This document shows, in pieces, positions 8,550 through 16,725 of a stretch of 32,000 bases of DNA. Location of the stretch: positions 1 to 32,000 of the forward strand of contig PEXK01000050.1 in the NCBI GenBank assembly GCA_002779075.1. The letters run 5' to 3'. Under the pieces are notes generated by a model. The model saw only the letters and a list, made by a program, of their open reading frames with translations, did no database searches and was not told where the DNA came from. The stretch comes from Candidatus Diapherotrites archaeon CG08_land_8_20_14_0_20_30_16. GTDB lineage: Archaea; Iainarchaeota; Iainarchaeia; Iainarchaeales; 0-14-0-20-30-16. The position numbers and the translations under genes were made by a program. Every line of letters begins with the position of its first letter. The first letter of the stretch is position 1.

Positions 8550-8741
8550 ATGGCAAATGATGATAAAAAATCAACTATAAGTGCATTTTTTATAGGTATA
8601 GGAATATATCTGTTTTTGAGAAGTCTTATTTTGATACTAACTAATAAAACTATCAGTCCTGAAAGTGAACTTGGTACAGGGATTGGATTCCTAATAGCCG
8701 GTATAATCATTTATTTTGTAATGAAAAAAAAAACAAAATAA
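8550..8741 (+). CDS. Small membrane protein (2 predicted TM helices)
   Basis: 63 aa with an AGGAGG Shine-Dalgarno 6 nt upstream. Hydrophobic stretches 'ISAFFIGIGIYLFLRSLILIL' and 'GIGFLIAGIIIYFVM'. Confidence 0.55.
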   Translation: MANDDKKSTISAFFIGIGIYLFLRSLILILTNKTISPESELGTGIGFLIAGIIIYFVMKKKTK

Positions 8742-8797
8742 CAATACAACCCAGTAATTAAAAACTATGTCTTATTTATTTGTAGAGGTTAAGTTGT

Positions 8798-9982
8798 ATG
8801 ATGAATTTAACAATTAAAAATTCTTTAATCGTTTTTATTTTGGGTTTATTTTTATTTAGTTCTGGTTGCATTCTTCTAAAAAATCCAAATTTACAAAATC
8901 AAAAAATAGCTTGCTATAATGAATATGAAAAAGATGCAAATCTGTGTTTTTTAGATGATAAGAAAGAGTCCTATTTTTTTATAACAAATTGTGTAAATCA
9001 AATACCTAATCAATTCTCTAAAGTAATCCTAGTTAAAGATTGGGCAGAATGTAAATTAGAATGGGGCAATAGATACGATAAAATAGCTCCTTTTTTTATT
9101 CCACAAAAACAAGATTACCCTGATTATAATAAATGTAGTGAAAATATTTGTTTAATCTGTAAGTATCATTGTAATGTAAATCACGATTTACTTGACTGGC
9201 GACTTCTAAAAGTATCAGAAATTTACAAAAAGTTAGGGGATCTATTGAATAAAAAACAATTATTTGAAAAACCAGTAGAGTATGTTATTTATAATAAAGA
9301 TACAGAACTTTTGGGGACTAGTTCTGCTTACATGCATGAGATGTATACTGGTGGTTTTTATAATCCTGTTTGTGGTTTTGATTTCTTCAGTGGCGAGGCA
9401 ACAATACACTCTACCGAAGGAAAGAACTTTTTATATTATGCAAGCAAAACCCAACAATCTTCAGAAAAAATACTTCACAAAGATTATGCAGATGAAGTAT
9501 ATGCTGAGACATTCGAGGATGAAAGAGCCCCGGGTCATGAAATGTTACATGTGACATTTGGGTTAAAGTATGGCGGGTTTAGTTATGATCTCGAAGAATC
9601 GTTTACTAAAACTATAGAGAAATTCATAGGTGGGTGGGATAACGTTACACTAAAAAAACTACAGTATAATCCTTCAGAAACGATTTTTCCAAATAGTTTT
9701 TGTGATATTGGTTTTAAATTAGGAGAATATACTTTACTTTATCACTTATGCATGAATTATGGCTTTGACATAAATTCTTTGCCCTCTTTTTTTAATGAGC
9801 TAGATAAACTAAAAAAACAAAAGGAAAATTCAAATCCTGAATTTAAAGGAAAGTTATCAAATGATGATTTTCTTAAAGCGTTAAATAATATTACTGGTAA
9901 AAATACTTCTGAAGTATTCAATAACCCTTGTTTTAGAGGATACGCTTATTCTAAATGTTTGGAAACAAAAAAAGATTATTGA
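8798..9982 (+). CDS. Secreted/lipoprotein-like putative zinc metalloprotease (HExxH)
   Basis: N-terminal signal with lipobox-like 'LFLFSSGC'. Single 'HEMLH' motif. Cys-rich N-terminal region. Confidence 0.5.
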   Translation: MMNLTIKNSLIVFILGLFLFSSGCILLKNPNLQNQKIACYNEYEKDANLCFLDDKKESYFFITNCVNQIPNQFSKVILVKDWAECKLEWGNRYDKIAPFFIPQKQDYPDYNKCSENICLICKYHCNVNHDLLDWRLLKVSEIYKKLGDLLNKKQLFEKPVEYVIYNKDTELLGTSSAYMHEMYTGGFYNPVCGFDFFSGEATIHSTEGKNFLYYASKTQQSSEKILHKDYADEVYAETFEDERAPGHEMLHVTFGLKYGGFSYDLEESFTKTIEKFIGGWDNVTLKKLQYNPSETIFPNSFCDIGFKLGEYTLLYHLCMNYGFDINSLPSFFNELDKLKKQKENSNPEFKGKLSNDDFLKALNNITGKNTSEVFNNPCFRGYAYSKCLETKKDY

Positions 9983-10156
9983 ATCTCTTTTAAATTCCAA
10001 CTTTCTAATTTTTTTATTACAAATCCACCATCTACTAATACACCGCCAATATTATCAAATCTTATTTTCCCATAAGTAACAGTATCAAATTCAGATTCTT
10101 TAATTATTTGTAATAGAGGGATTCCTATTTGTTTTGATTTTAAAATAGATTCTAAT

Positions 10157-10312
10157 ATGATATTTCCAACATCAACAATAATTTATGGAAATAAAGTTGC
10201 AATGACAATTTGGTCTGACACAATTACGACAATATTGATTCATGATGAAAAAATTGCAGAGGCACATCAAAAGCACTTTGATTTTATGTGGGAAAAAGCA
10301 AAAGAAAAATAA
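10157..10312 (+). pseudogene. C-terminal remnant of a TrmB-like transcriptional regulator
   Basis: 51-codon ORF 'MIFPTSTIIYGNKVAMTIWSDTITTILIHDEKIAEAHQKHFDFMWEKAKEK'. It matches, from memory, only the last ~50 residues of the ~250-aa TrmB-type regulators common in small-genome archaea and CPR. No N-terminal wHTH is present upstream. Confidence 0.45.
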
Positions 10313-10322
10313 AAAAGACGTT

Positions 10323-11381
10323 TCAAAACCTAACATCACCCATTTGTCTTTTTAGTTTTTGTACAGCTAATTCTGTTGCATGTTCTACTCCCCAGCCCTC
10401 AACAGAAACATTAAAATGTTTCCTAGGGGAAACAACTCGTACTCTGCAATTCACTAAAGGCAGGCCTCTGAACTTTTCTTTGCCCATTTTATAATATGCA
10501 AATACTTTGTTCTTTGTATCTCCAAACTTTTCCAATTGCTGTAACTTTTTCTCAATATCTGGTCTGTACAAACCAGTAAATTTAGCAGATATCTGAATTG
10601 AACTATCTTTAACATCTAGTTCCATTGCATAAACAAACTGTTCCAAGATATCTGTTTTTGTAATAATACCGTAAAGCTCGCCATTATCCAAAACAATAAC
10701 TGATGAAACATTCTTGTCAACAAATAAAGGAATCAATTTTGAAATATTTTCGGATTTGTCAATAGTAATAACATCTTCTTTCATAACCTGCCTGACCAAT
10801 GCTCCCTGCAAATTAGATTTTGTTATTTGAGTTGCATGCAGGAAATATGTCAAAATGTTTGAAAGAGACACCACCCCTTTCAACTTTTTATCAAAAACAA
10901 TTAGTTTAGATATTCCCAATTCTTGAAATGAGGATAATGCTTTTGCTAAAGTATCGTTTGGGCCAATAGTTCTTATTTTAGTATTTGCAAAATCAGAAAC
11001 CTTATAGCCTTTCAAATATGGCATAACAATTTGTTTTAAAAAATCCAATCTATAAACTACGCCAATTACTTTATTTTTCTCTTTTGAATCAAAAACAGGC
11101 AGAAAATGTGCGCCAGACTCAATAAAACACCTAGCAAAATCCAAATCAGGAGTATCTAAATAAATCATAGGGGGTTTATACACTAAATTTGATACCTTTT
11201 CCTCTGGCAGGTTAATTCCATCTTTTATAGCATTCTTCCTTGTAACAATGCCTAAATATTTGCCTTTATCAAAAACAATCCCTTGTTTCTCAGTTTTCAA
11301 CTTAGGCAACACCTTAGATAAGGTCTCAGTACTTTCTATAATAGGAAAATCCTTTACAATAACAGATTCCCAATTCTCCAT
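10323..11381 (-). CDS. 4xCBS-domain protein with C-terminal HPF/RaiA-like (S30AE-like) domain
   Basis: ATG at 11381 (MENWESV) preceded by GGGGGTG. Four CBS repeats. The last 93 aa, 'IQISAKF..PDIEKKLQQLEKF..VNCRVRVVSP..FNVSVEG..ATELAVQKLKRQM', follow the beta-alpha-beta3-alpha pattern of hibernation factors (compare E. coli YfiA 'LAKLEKW', 'INKLERQL'). Confidence 0.6.
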   Translation of the reverse strand: MENWESVIVKDFPIIESTETLSKVLPKLKTEKQGIVFDKGKYLGIVTRKNAIKDGINLPEEKVSNLVYKPPMIYLDTPDLDFARCFIESGAHFLPVFDSKEKNKVIGVVYRLDFLKQIVMPYLKGYKVSDFANTKIRTIGPNDTLAKALSSFQELGISKLIVFDKKLKGVVSLSNILTYFLHATQITKSNLQGALVRQVMKEDVITIDKSENISKLIPLFVDKNVSSVIVLDNGELYGIITKTDILEQFVYAMELDVKDSSIQISAKFTGLYRPDIEKKLQQLEKFGDTKNKVFAYYKMGKEKFRGLPLVNCRVRVVSPRKHFNVSVEGWGVEHATELAVQKLKRQMGDVRF

Positions 11382-11430
11382 AGCAACACCCCCAAACAGT
11401 ATATATATCTTTTTAACATTTATATATCTA

Positions 11431-11454
11431 TACACTAAACAGAATATTTTTATG
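11431..11454 (+). promoter_or_regulatory. Promoter box TACACTAAACAG plus TATA-like TTTTTATG
   Basis: Exact 12-mer followed 4 nt later by a T/A box, in the divergent CBS/endA spacer. Confidence 0.5.
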
Positions 11455-11468
11455 TAATGCGAGGATAC

Positions 11469-11494
11469 ACACTAAATAGGATGTTTTTATATAT
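11469..11494 (+). promoter_or_regulatory. Variant box ACACTAAATAG plus TATA TTTTTATATAT (likely endA promoter)
   Basis: The box is followed 4 nt later by a TATA box. The endA ATG lies about 55 nt downstream with a GAGGG Shine-Dalgarno site. Confidence 0.55.
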
Positions 11495-11549
11495 TGGTAA
11501 AATGTACAAATAATGGTAAACTGTATGAATCTATATTTGAGGGTTATTT

Positions 11550-12077
11550 ATGGCAAAAAGTTGTTCAGGCAATTTAGACGGCGACAAAGTAATAGTCACT
11601 GATAATAACTCCAAATCACTTTTAGTACAAAGAGGCTTTGGAGAAAACTACAAAAAATATTTGGTTTTGGACATGTATGAAACACTGTATTTATTAGAGA
11701 ATAATTCATTAACTGTCAAATGTAAAGGCAGAAAAATATCTGCAGAAAAACTAATTGATAAGGTATTAAAAGAAGATGCTAAAAAATATTTTTTACACAG
11801 ATATGAAGTATACAACGACATAAAATCCAAAGGATACGTAATTAAAACAGGTTTAAAGTTTGGTTTTGATTTCAGAGTTTATCCAAAAGGAAAAAAAATT
11901 TCTGAAGAGCACACACAATTTGTTGTAGGTGTTCTACCAGAAACCCAAACTATAAAAAGCGAAGAATTAGCAAAGAGCGTAAGAATGGCATCAACATTAC
12001 ACACAGATCTGATTTTAGCAATTGTTGATAATGAACTAGAAATTAGTTATTACAAAATAAGTAGAGAAAAATTTTAA
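11550..12077 (+). CDS. endA: tRNA-splicing endonuclease (homotetrameric alpha4 type)
   Basis: 175 aa. 'YEVYNDIKSKGYVIKTGLKFGFDFRVYPKG...HTQFVV' matches the catalytic C-terminal domain. Confidence 0.85.
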   Translation: MAKSCSGNLDGDKVIVTDNNSKSLLVQRGFGENYKKYLVLDMYETLYLLENNSLTVKCKGRKISAEKLIDKVLKEDAKKYFLHRYEVYNDIKSKGYVIKTGLKFGFDFRVYPKGKKISEEHTQFVVGVLPETQTIKSEELAKSVRMASTLHTDLILAIVDNELEISYYKISREKF

Positions 12078-12102
12078 TACCCCTAAAAAAGATGTGATGA
12101 TT

Positions 12103-12573
12103 ATGACAGAAATTATTTATGCACCAATGAGAGAAAAATATTTAGAACACAATCATAAAGATACAAAATGTCCTTTTTGCAACTACAACAGAAGGCAAGA
12201 ATACTTAGTACAGGAAGGCAATACCTGTGCAATAATTGCAAACAAATATCCTTATCTTTATGGTCATCTTTTAGTTATACCTAAAAGACACATAACTGAC
12301 ATTCTAGATTTAAACAAAGATGAAGACAAAGACCTGATGCTTTTAACTAAAAGAGCAATAAAAATGTTAAAAAAAGCATTTCATCCTGATGGTTTTGATG
12401 TTGGTTATCAAACTAAAATGGGTGGCGGCACATTAGATCATATTCATTTTCATATTGTACCAAGATATAAAGGCGACACTGGTTTTATGACTATAATGGA
12501 AAATGCAAATATAATTAGTGAAAAACCAGAAATAATGGTACAAAAATTAAGAAAGAAAAATAATTTGTTTTAA
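12103..12573 (+). CDS. HIT-family nucleotide hydrolase/phosphorylase (Ap4A-phosphorylase-like subgroup)
   Basis: 'YAPMREKYL...CPFC' N-terminus, 'NKYPYLYGHLLVIPKRH', and histidine triad 'DHIHFHIVPR'. Start chosen at ATG 12103 after GTGATGA (12097 is also possible). Confidence 0.75.
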   Translation: MTEIIYAPMREKYLEHNHKDTKCPFCNYNRRQEYLVQEGNTCAIIANKYPYLYGHLLVIPKRHITDILDLNKDEDKDLMLLTKRAIKMLKKAFHPDGFDVGYQTKMGGGTLDHIHFHIVPRYKGDTGFMTIMENANIISEKPEIMVQKLRKKNNLF

Positions 12574-12599
12574 TAAACACATAAAAATATTGTGTCTTA

Positions 12600-12623
12600 A
12601 AGTTTTTGTTTTGTCAAAAACTT
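12600..12623 (+). terminator. Hairpin after the HIT gene
   Basis: AAGTTTTTG-TTTTGT-CAAAAACTT (9-bp stem) in a T-rich context 27 nt after the stop. Two weaker palindromes flank it. Confidence 0.3.
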
Positions 12624-12690
12624 ATAACACTTTGTAAAATATTTGTGTTAATAAAACACAAAATATATTACACTATGTTTGGTGGTCAGA

Positions 12691-13119
12691 ATGAATAATT
12701 ATGTTATTTACAAACCAAACTCTTCAAAAACAGGAAGTGCATTGAGTTTTGATTTTAATAAATTAAAGAAAAGTGTTTTTTTGGAGTTTGCAAAACAAAA
12801 AGAAGAAAAAGCATTTGATTGGCAAAACAAGCAAATCTTTAAGCTGAGTGCACAAGACTGTTCAAAGATTTGTGTTCTGATTAGAGATAGAAAAGAGGAA
12901 TTAAATTTGTTTCATGATCCAAACAAATCAATAAATGAAACAACAGTTAAAAATGCAGTATTAAAAATAACTAAAACTAATTTTGGTTATTCATTTAAAA
13001 TAAACCAGCAGGAAAAAGACAACACAATAAACAGTATTGCAATATCTGTAACTGAAGATGAAGCATATATTTTGGTGTTAATCTTTAACAAAGCAATTGA
13101 AAGTATTTATTTGGATTAA
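12691..13119 (+). CDS. Whirly-like ssDNA-binding protein (PC4/Whirly fold)
   Basis: ATG at 12691 after GGTGGT. 'YVIYK', 'FDWQNKQIFKLS', 'FHDPNK', 'VLKITK' and 'ISVTEDEAYILVLIFNKA' align in order with plant Whirly 'SIYKGK', 'YDWSRKQVFSLS', 'FHDPNK', 'VLKVEP', 'IPVTKAEFAVLVSAFNFV'. Confidence 0.65.
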   Translation: MNNYVIYKPNSSKTGSALSFDFNKLKKSVFLEFAKQKEEKAFDWQNKQIFKLSAQDCSKICVLIRDRKEELNLFHDPNKSINETTVKNAVLKITKTNFGYSFKINQQEKDNTINSIAISVTEDEAYILVLIFNKAIESIYLD

Positions 13120-13479
13120 TTACTTCTTTAAACTCATTATCGCTTCAGCAATATCGCCTTTGGTTTCTTTTAAAGCTTTTTGTGCTTGTTCTTTTGAAAC
13201 ACCAGCTTGTTGCATTACCATCTTAATATCATCATCTGTAATTTCTAATTCTTTTGGTTTGCTGTTACTGTCTAGGGGTAGGGCATGGCCAACAACCTGA
13301 TAAGTTTCTGTTCCTTGAATTGTCATTTTAACTACCTGTGGCATTTGCATTTCCAAAGTTGTACCATCTTTTAAATAAAATACTGCTTTCTCAACAGGCA
13401 TTTCTGTTGTTTTAATCCCTAATTGAGACATCATTTTCTGCATCTGTGCAGGATTCATTCCACCTAATCCAGGAAACAT
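13120..13479 (-). CDS. nac: Nascent polypeptide-associated complex protein (archaeal NAC, NAC plus UBA domains)
   Basis: 119 aa. 'NPAQMQKMMSQLGI', a NAC beta-barrel region, and C-terminal UBA-like 'DIKMVMQQAGVSKEQAQKALKETKGDIAEAI'. Its stop abuts the convergent Whirly-like stop with no spacer. Confidence 0.85.
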   Translation of the reverse strand: MFPGLGGMNPAQMQKMMSQLGIKTTEMPVEKAVFYLKDGTTLEMQMPQVVKMTIQGTETYQVVGHALPLDSNSKPKELEITDDDIKMVMQQAGVSKEQAQKALKETKGDIAEAIMSLKK

Positions 13480-13565
13480 AAAACATCACCTAATTAATTA
13501 TTAAAAATTATATTATAAATATTACATTCCGATAGGTATTTATACCTTTAAGATAAATATATATT

Positions 13566-13796
13566 ATGAAATTAACTGCAATTATTAAAAAAGGCGAAAA
13601 ACAATATGTTGCTTTATGCCCAGAAGTAGATGTAGTAAGTCAAGGATATACCATTGAAACTGCGTTAGCAAATTTAAAAGAAGCAGTAGAATTACACATA
13701 GAAGTAATGCATATTGAAGAATCAAAAACCGAAAACCCGTTTATTACTAGTTTTGAGGTCATTCCAAATGGCAAAACTACCACAGCTGTCGGGTAA
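13566..13796 (+). CDS. hicB: HicB-like antitoxin (UPF0150 fold)
   Basis: 76 aa. 'KQYVALCPEVDVVSQGYTIETALANLKEAVELHIE'. Confidence 0.7.
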   Translation: MKLTAIIKKGEKQYVALCPEVDVVSQGYTIETALANLKEAVELHIEVMHIEESKTENPFITSFEVIPNGKTTTAVG

Positions 13797-13995
13797 AGAA
13801 CTAATTAAAATTCTAAATAAAATAGGATTTGTAGAGATTAGACAAAAGGGTAGCCACGTATTTTTAGCTAAAGATACAATTGATGGAAAAATAACTACTG
13901 TTGTGCCATTACATAAAGAAATTGATATTGGCACATTATTAGAAATATTAAGACAAACAAAATTAAAAAGAGAGGATTTAGAAAAGTTAAGATGA
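13768..13995 (+). CDS. hicA: HicA-like mRNA interferase toxin
   Basis: ATG at 13768 after GAGGTC. 'LSGKELIKILNKIGFVEIRQKGSHVFL...VVPLHKEIDIGTLLEILRQ'. Overlaps the hicB 3' end by 29 nt. Confidence 0.75.
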   Translation: MAKLPQLSGKELIKILNKIGFVEIRQKGSHVFLAKDTIDGKITTVVPLHKEIDIGTLLEILRQTKLKREDLEKLR

Positions 13996-14004
13996 TTTTT
14001 TAGT

Positions 14005-15096
14005 CTAATTATCCACACCAAATAGTGGTGTTGCACTTACACTTACTATTTTGTCTCTTACTAAATACGCAGTAATATTGTATTCTAAATCTTTTTGCAG
14101 ATTTACAAATTGGTTATAATCCATAGAAACATTAACATTTCTGTTAACATCATAATTTTTATCTAAATAATTAATTTTATCAACGAAAATAGAACCATAT
14201 GCAAAAGTTGTTAACTTTGTATTATAATCTTTTTCTAATACCCCTAACAAAGAAAGGTATTTAGGTAGATCTTTGTCTTTGTCAATTGTAATAGTTGTTG
14301 CATTAGAGCTTGGAAAATAATTGTAATCTTTATTTTCTGTTCCTATAACACTGAATTTGTCTTGAGGGATGTTTACATCAAAAGCAATTGCATAAAAATC
14401 TTTATTGAATTTTCCATTGTATATTGATGTTATTGCTTTGGGCTCTTCACTTAAATTCTTTAGTTCAAATGCATTGTATCCTGCTAAAGAATCGCCTTTA
14501 AATTGTGCAGCAATTGCAAAACTAATTTCATCACCAATAAAAGTATTTGGATCTACCAAAACAATAATCTGATTTCCACCCAAATCATACATCTTGGCTA
14601 CATTAAGATCTTTATTCTCAAAATTAACTAAAGAATTGTAATCTATTTTAGCATAAGGAAAAGTATTTGTTTGGCCAGGCAAAAAATATTGATTTGATTT
14701 CACTGAAGAATAAAAATAATTTGTATCTATGTTTGTACCTACAACATCAGTAACATAAACATATGTTGCATCTACAGTATTTGTATCTTTGTTAATTATC
14801 AGGCTTCCCGCAACATTATACACATTATTCAAATCTCTAATTGATTTATCTATTAAATCTACTTGCGATTCGTTTGTATATCCAATAAGTCTAAATGAAC
14901 TATTTGTTGGTACTTCAAGAACTTTGCCATTTACCTCCGCCTTGTACTGTATAGGCAGGTCTTTAGTTGGGTCTTCAACAACTTTCTTTTCTGGTTCTTC
15001 GTCTTGTGATTGGTTGTACAAAAGAACAGAGAAAGTTGACACAATGAAAATTACTATAACTAATATTGCAAACCATTTTCCACTTTTTTCAGCCAT
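14005..15096 (-). CDS. Hypothetical N-terminally anchored extracellular protein
   Basis: ATG at 15096 (MAEKSGKW) after GTGATGTGAT. One N-terminal TM helix, then an Asn/Tyr-rich, beta-rich sequence. Confidence 0.5.
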   Translation of the reverse strand: MAEKSGKWFAILVIVIFIVSTFSVLLYNQSQDEEPEKKVVEDPTKDLPIQYKAEVNGKVLEVPTNSSFRLIGYTNESQVDLIDKSIRDLNNVYNVAGSLIINKDTNTVDATYVYVTDVVGTNIDTNYFYSSVKSNQYFLPGQTNTFPYAKIDYNSLVNFENKDLNVAKMYDLGGNQIIVLVDPNTFIGDEISFAIAAQFKGDSLAGYNAFELKNLSEEPKAITSIYNGKFNKDFYAIAFDVNIPQDKFSVIGTENKDYNYFPSSNATTITIDKDKDLPKYLSLLGVLEKDYNTKLTTFAYGSIFVDKINYLDKNYDVNRNVNVSMDYNQFVNLQKDLEYNITAYLVRDKIVSVSATPLFGVDN

Positions 15097-15146
15097 AAAT
15101 ATCACATCACTTTTTAACAAATTATTTTTAGGTTATATCCTTGCAC

Positions 15147-15172
15147 TATATAAAAATATACTGTTTAGTGTA
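15147..15172 (-). promoter_or_regulatory. Promoter box TACACTAAACAG plus TATA TTTTTATATA
   Basis: Minus strand reads TAG(stop of the SIMPL gene)-TACACTAAACAG-TATA-TTTTTATATA, about 50 nt upstream of the ATG at 15096. Confidence 0.6.
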
Positions 15173-15931
15173 CTAATTATAGGTGTAGGTAGTATCAACA
15201 CTAACACTTAAATTAACTTCTTCTGGAGTTATATTGTTATTTGCAGCACCTGCTACACTACTTTCTGTCATTGTTAAATATTTATCATAATATACAGGAT
15301 AATGCTGATAATCAGAATAACTCAAATTTACGCTTTTTGGAACAGATTCCAAAACAAAGAATCCAGCATCAGCAACACCCTTTGCTTTTTCCCAAGCGTC
15401 TTTCATTGCTTTACCTACTAATGATTTTTTTGTTTTATCTTTTAAAGCATCAGACACTTCAAAACTCAAACTAGATATACTTACAGATCTATTCTTAACA
15501 AATTCTGAAACTGAATTAACCAACAATTTCCCCTTAGAATTAAAGTCTTCAATATTAAATCTTAAACTATGAGTTGCATCATAACCCACTTGTATTGATT
15601 TTTCTAAGTTTTTATCCCATTCATATTTTGGATTGACACTAAAATATCCTGTTTCGAGCTTTATCCCATTATAATCTTTCAAACTATCAACATATGATTT
15701 AATAATATCAAACTGTTTTTGATTTGCTTCTAATGCTGCGCTAGCTGTTTTTTCTTCATTTGTTATGTTTATATTTACAACAACATTATTGGGAACCACT
15801 TTTTCTTCTGCAGTTCCTACAACAAACAACTCTTTTTTATCTGCGCTTGAATCATAAATATATTTTGGTGCAACAAGAAAACCAATAATTAAAAACAATG
15901 CAGCTAAGATTATTACTGGTAAAACACCCAT
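15173..15931 (-). CDS. SIMPL/DUF541-family membrane-anchored protein
   Basis: ATG at 15931 (MGVLPVIILAALF...). One TM helix, then 'GTAEEKVVPNNVVVNINI...', 'GYDATHSLRFNIEDF', 'KAMKDAWEKAKGVA', typical of SIMPL proteins. The upstream 24 codons of the track ORF look spurious. Confidence 0.6.
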   Translation of the reverse strand: MGVLPVIILAALFLIIGFLVAPKYIYDSSADKKELFVVGTAEEKVVPNNVVVNINITNEEKTASAALEANQKQFDIIKSYVDSLKDYNGIKLETGYFSVNPKYEWDKNLEKSIQVGYDATHSLRFNIEDFNSKGKLLVNSVSEFVKNRSVSISSLSFEVSDALKDKTKKSLVGKAMKDAWEKAKGVADAGFFVLESVPKSVNLSYSDYQHYPVYYDKYLTMTESSVAGAANNNITPEEVNLSVSVDTTYTYN

Positions 15932-16063
15932 TCTAGTATCCAAAAAACCACCTCTAATACAAATAAAGAATCTACATATAACTCTAATACATAAATTATG
16001 CATTTAGCATATAGTAATTATTATATACCCTATTATTTATAAGCATAACGATTTAGATATATT

Positions 16064-16693
16064 ATGCACATATTTACCAATATCCACGATCTAGAAAACA
16101 ATTACGAAGACATAAAGATGCTTTCGGAAGACGAAAAACTAGAAATAAACAACTATCTTCAAGAAGGCGGCATTCTAAAAACCACAGGCAAATCTAAACT
16201 TGAGCTTGTATATCCTTCCAAAGAAATAATAAAAAAGGAGCTTGATGAGCTTTTGCCTGAAAGATCAAAAGTAACTGAGAAAATAGAGTTATGGAACAAA
16301 ATAAAAAAAGAATCCGAGGAATTTATTAAAAAAAATAAAGTTAACAAATATTTTGATAAAGTCTTTTGGAAACACAAATTCAAAGAAACATTTGACAAAG
16401 GATATAAAGAAGATTTTCAAAAAATTAAAATCCCTATTGAATACATTGGCGACGAAAGTATGAGAAAGTTAGTATTAACTTTTATTAATAGTGAAGATTA
16501 TAGAGCCAAACTTATTGAAACAATTGAAAGTTCAATAGTATACAGAAATCGAGGCATAGGAGAAAGTGTTGTAAAAAAACTTGCAATACAAAAAGAAATC
16601 TCAAAAAACAAACTCGATGTTTTATACAGTAGAAAAAACAAACTCGATAAAAGAATCCAAATCTATAAATTAATTTCTAAATATGTACACTAA
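16064..16693 (+). CDS. Hypothetical Lys/Glu-rich protein
   Basis: 209-aa ORF with a TATA-like TTATTTATAAG about 30 nt upstream of the ATG (leaderless-type). Confidence 0.45.
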   Translation: MHIFTNIHDLENNYEDIKMLSEDEKLEINNYLQEGGILKTTGKSKLELVYPSKEIIKKELDELLPERSKVTEKIELWNKIKKESEEFIKKNKVNKYFDKVFWKHKFKETFDKGYKEDFQKIKIPIEYIGDESMRKLVLTFINSEDYRAKLIETIESSIVYRNRGIGESVVKKLAIQKEISKNKLDVLYSRKNKLDKRIQIYKLISKYVH

Positions 16694-16725
16694 ACATTTA
16701 TACACTAAACAACACAATTTATATG
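16686..16725 (+). promoter_or_regulatory. Tandem boxes TACACTAAACAT / TACACTAAACAA plus TATA TTTATATG (orphan promoter)
   Basis: The first box embeds the TAA stop at 16691-16693. The second (16701-16712) is followed 5 nt later by a TATA box. No credible + strand CDS lies downstream. Confidence 0.5.
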
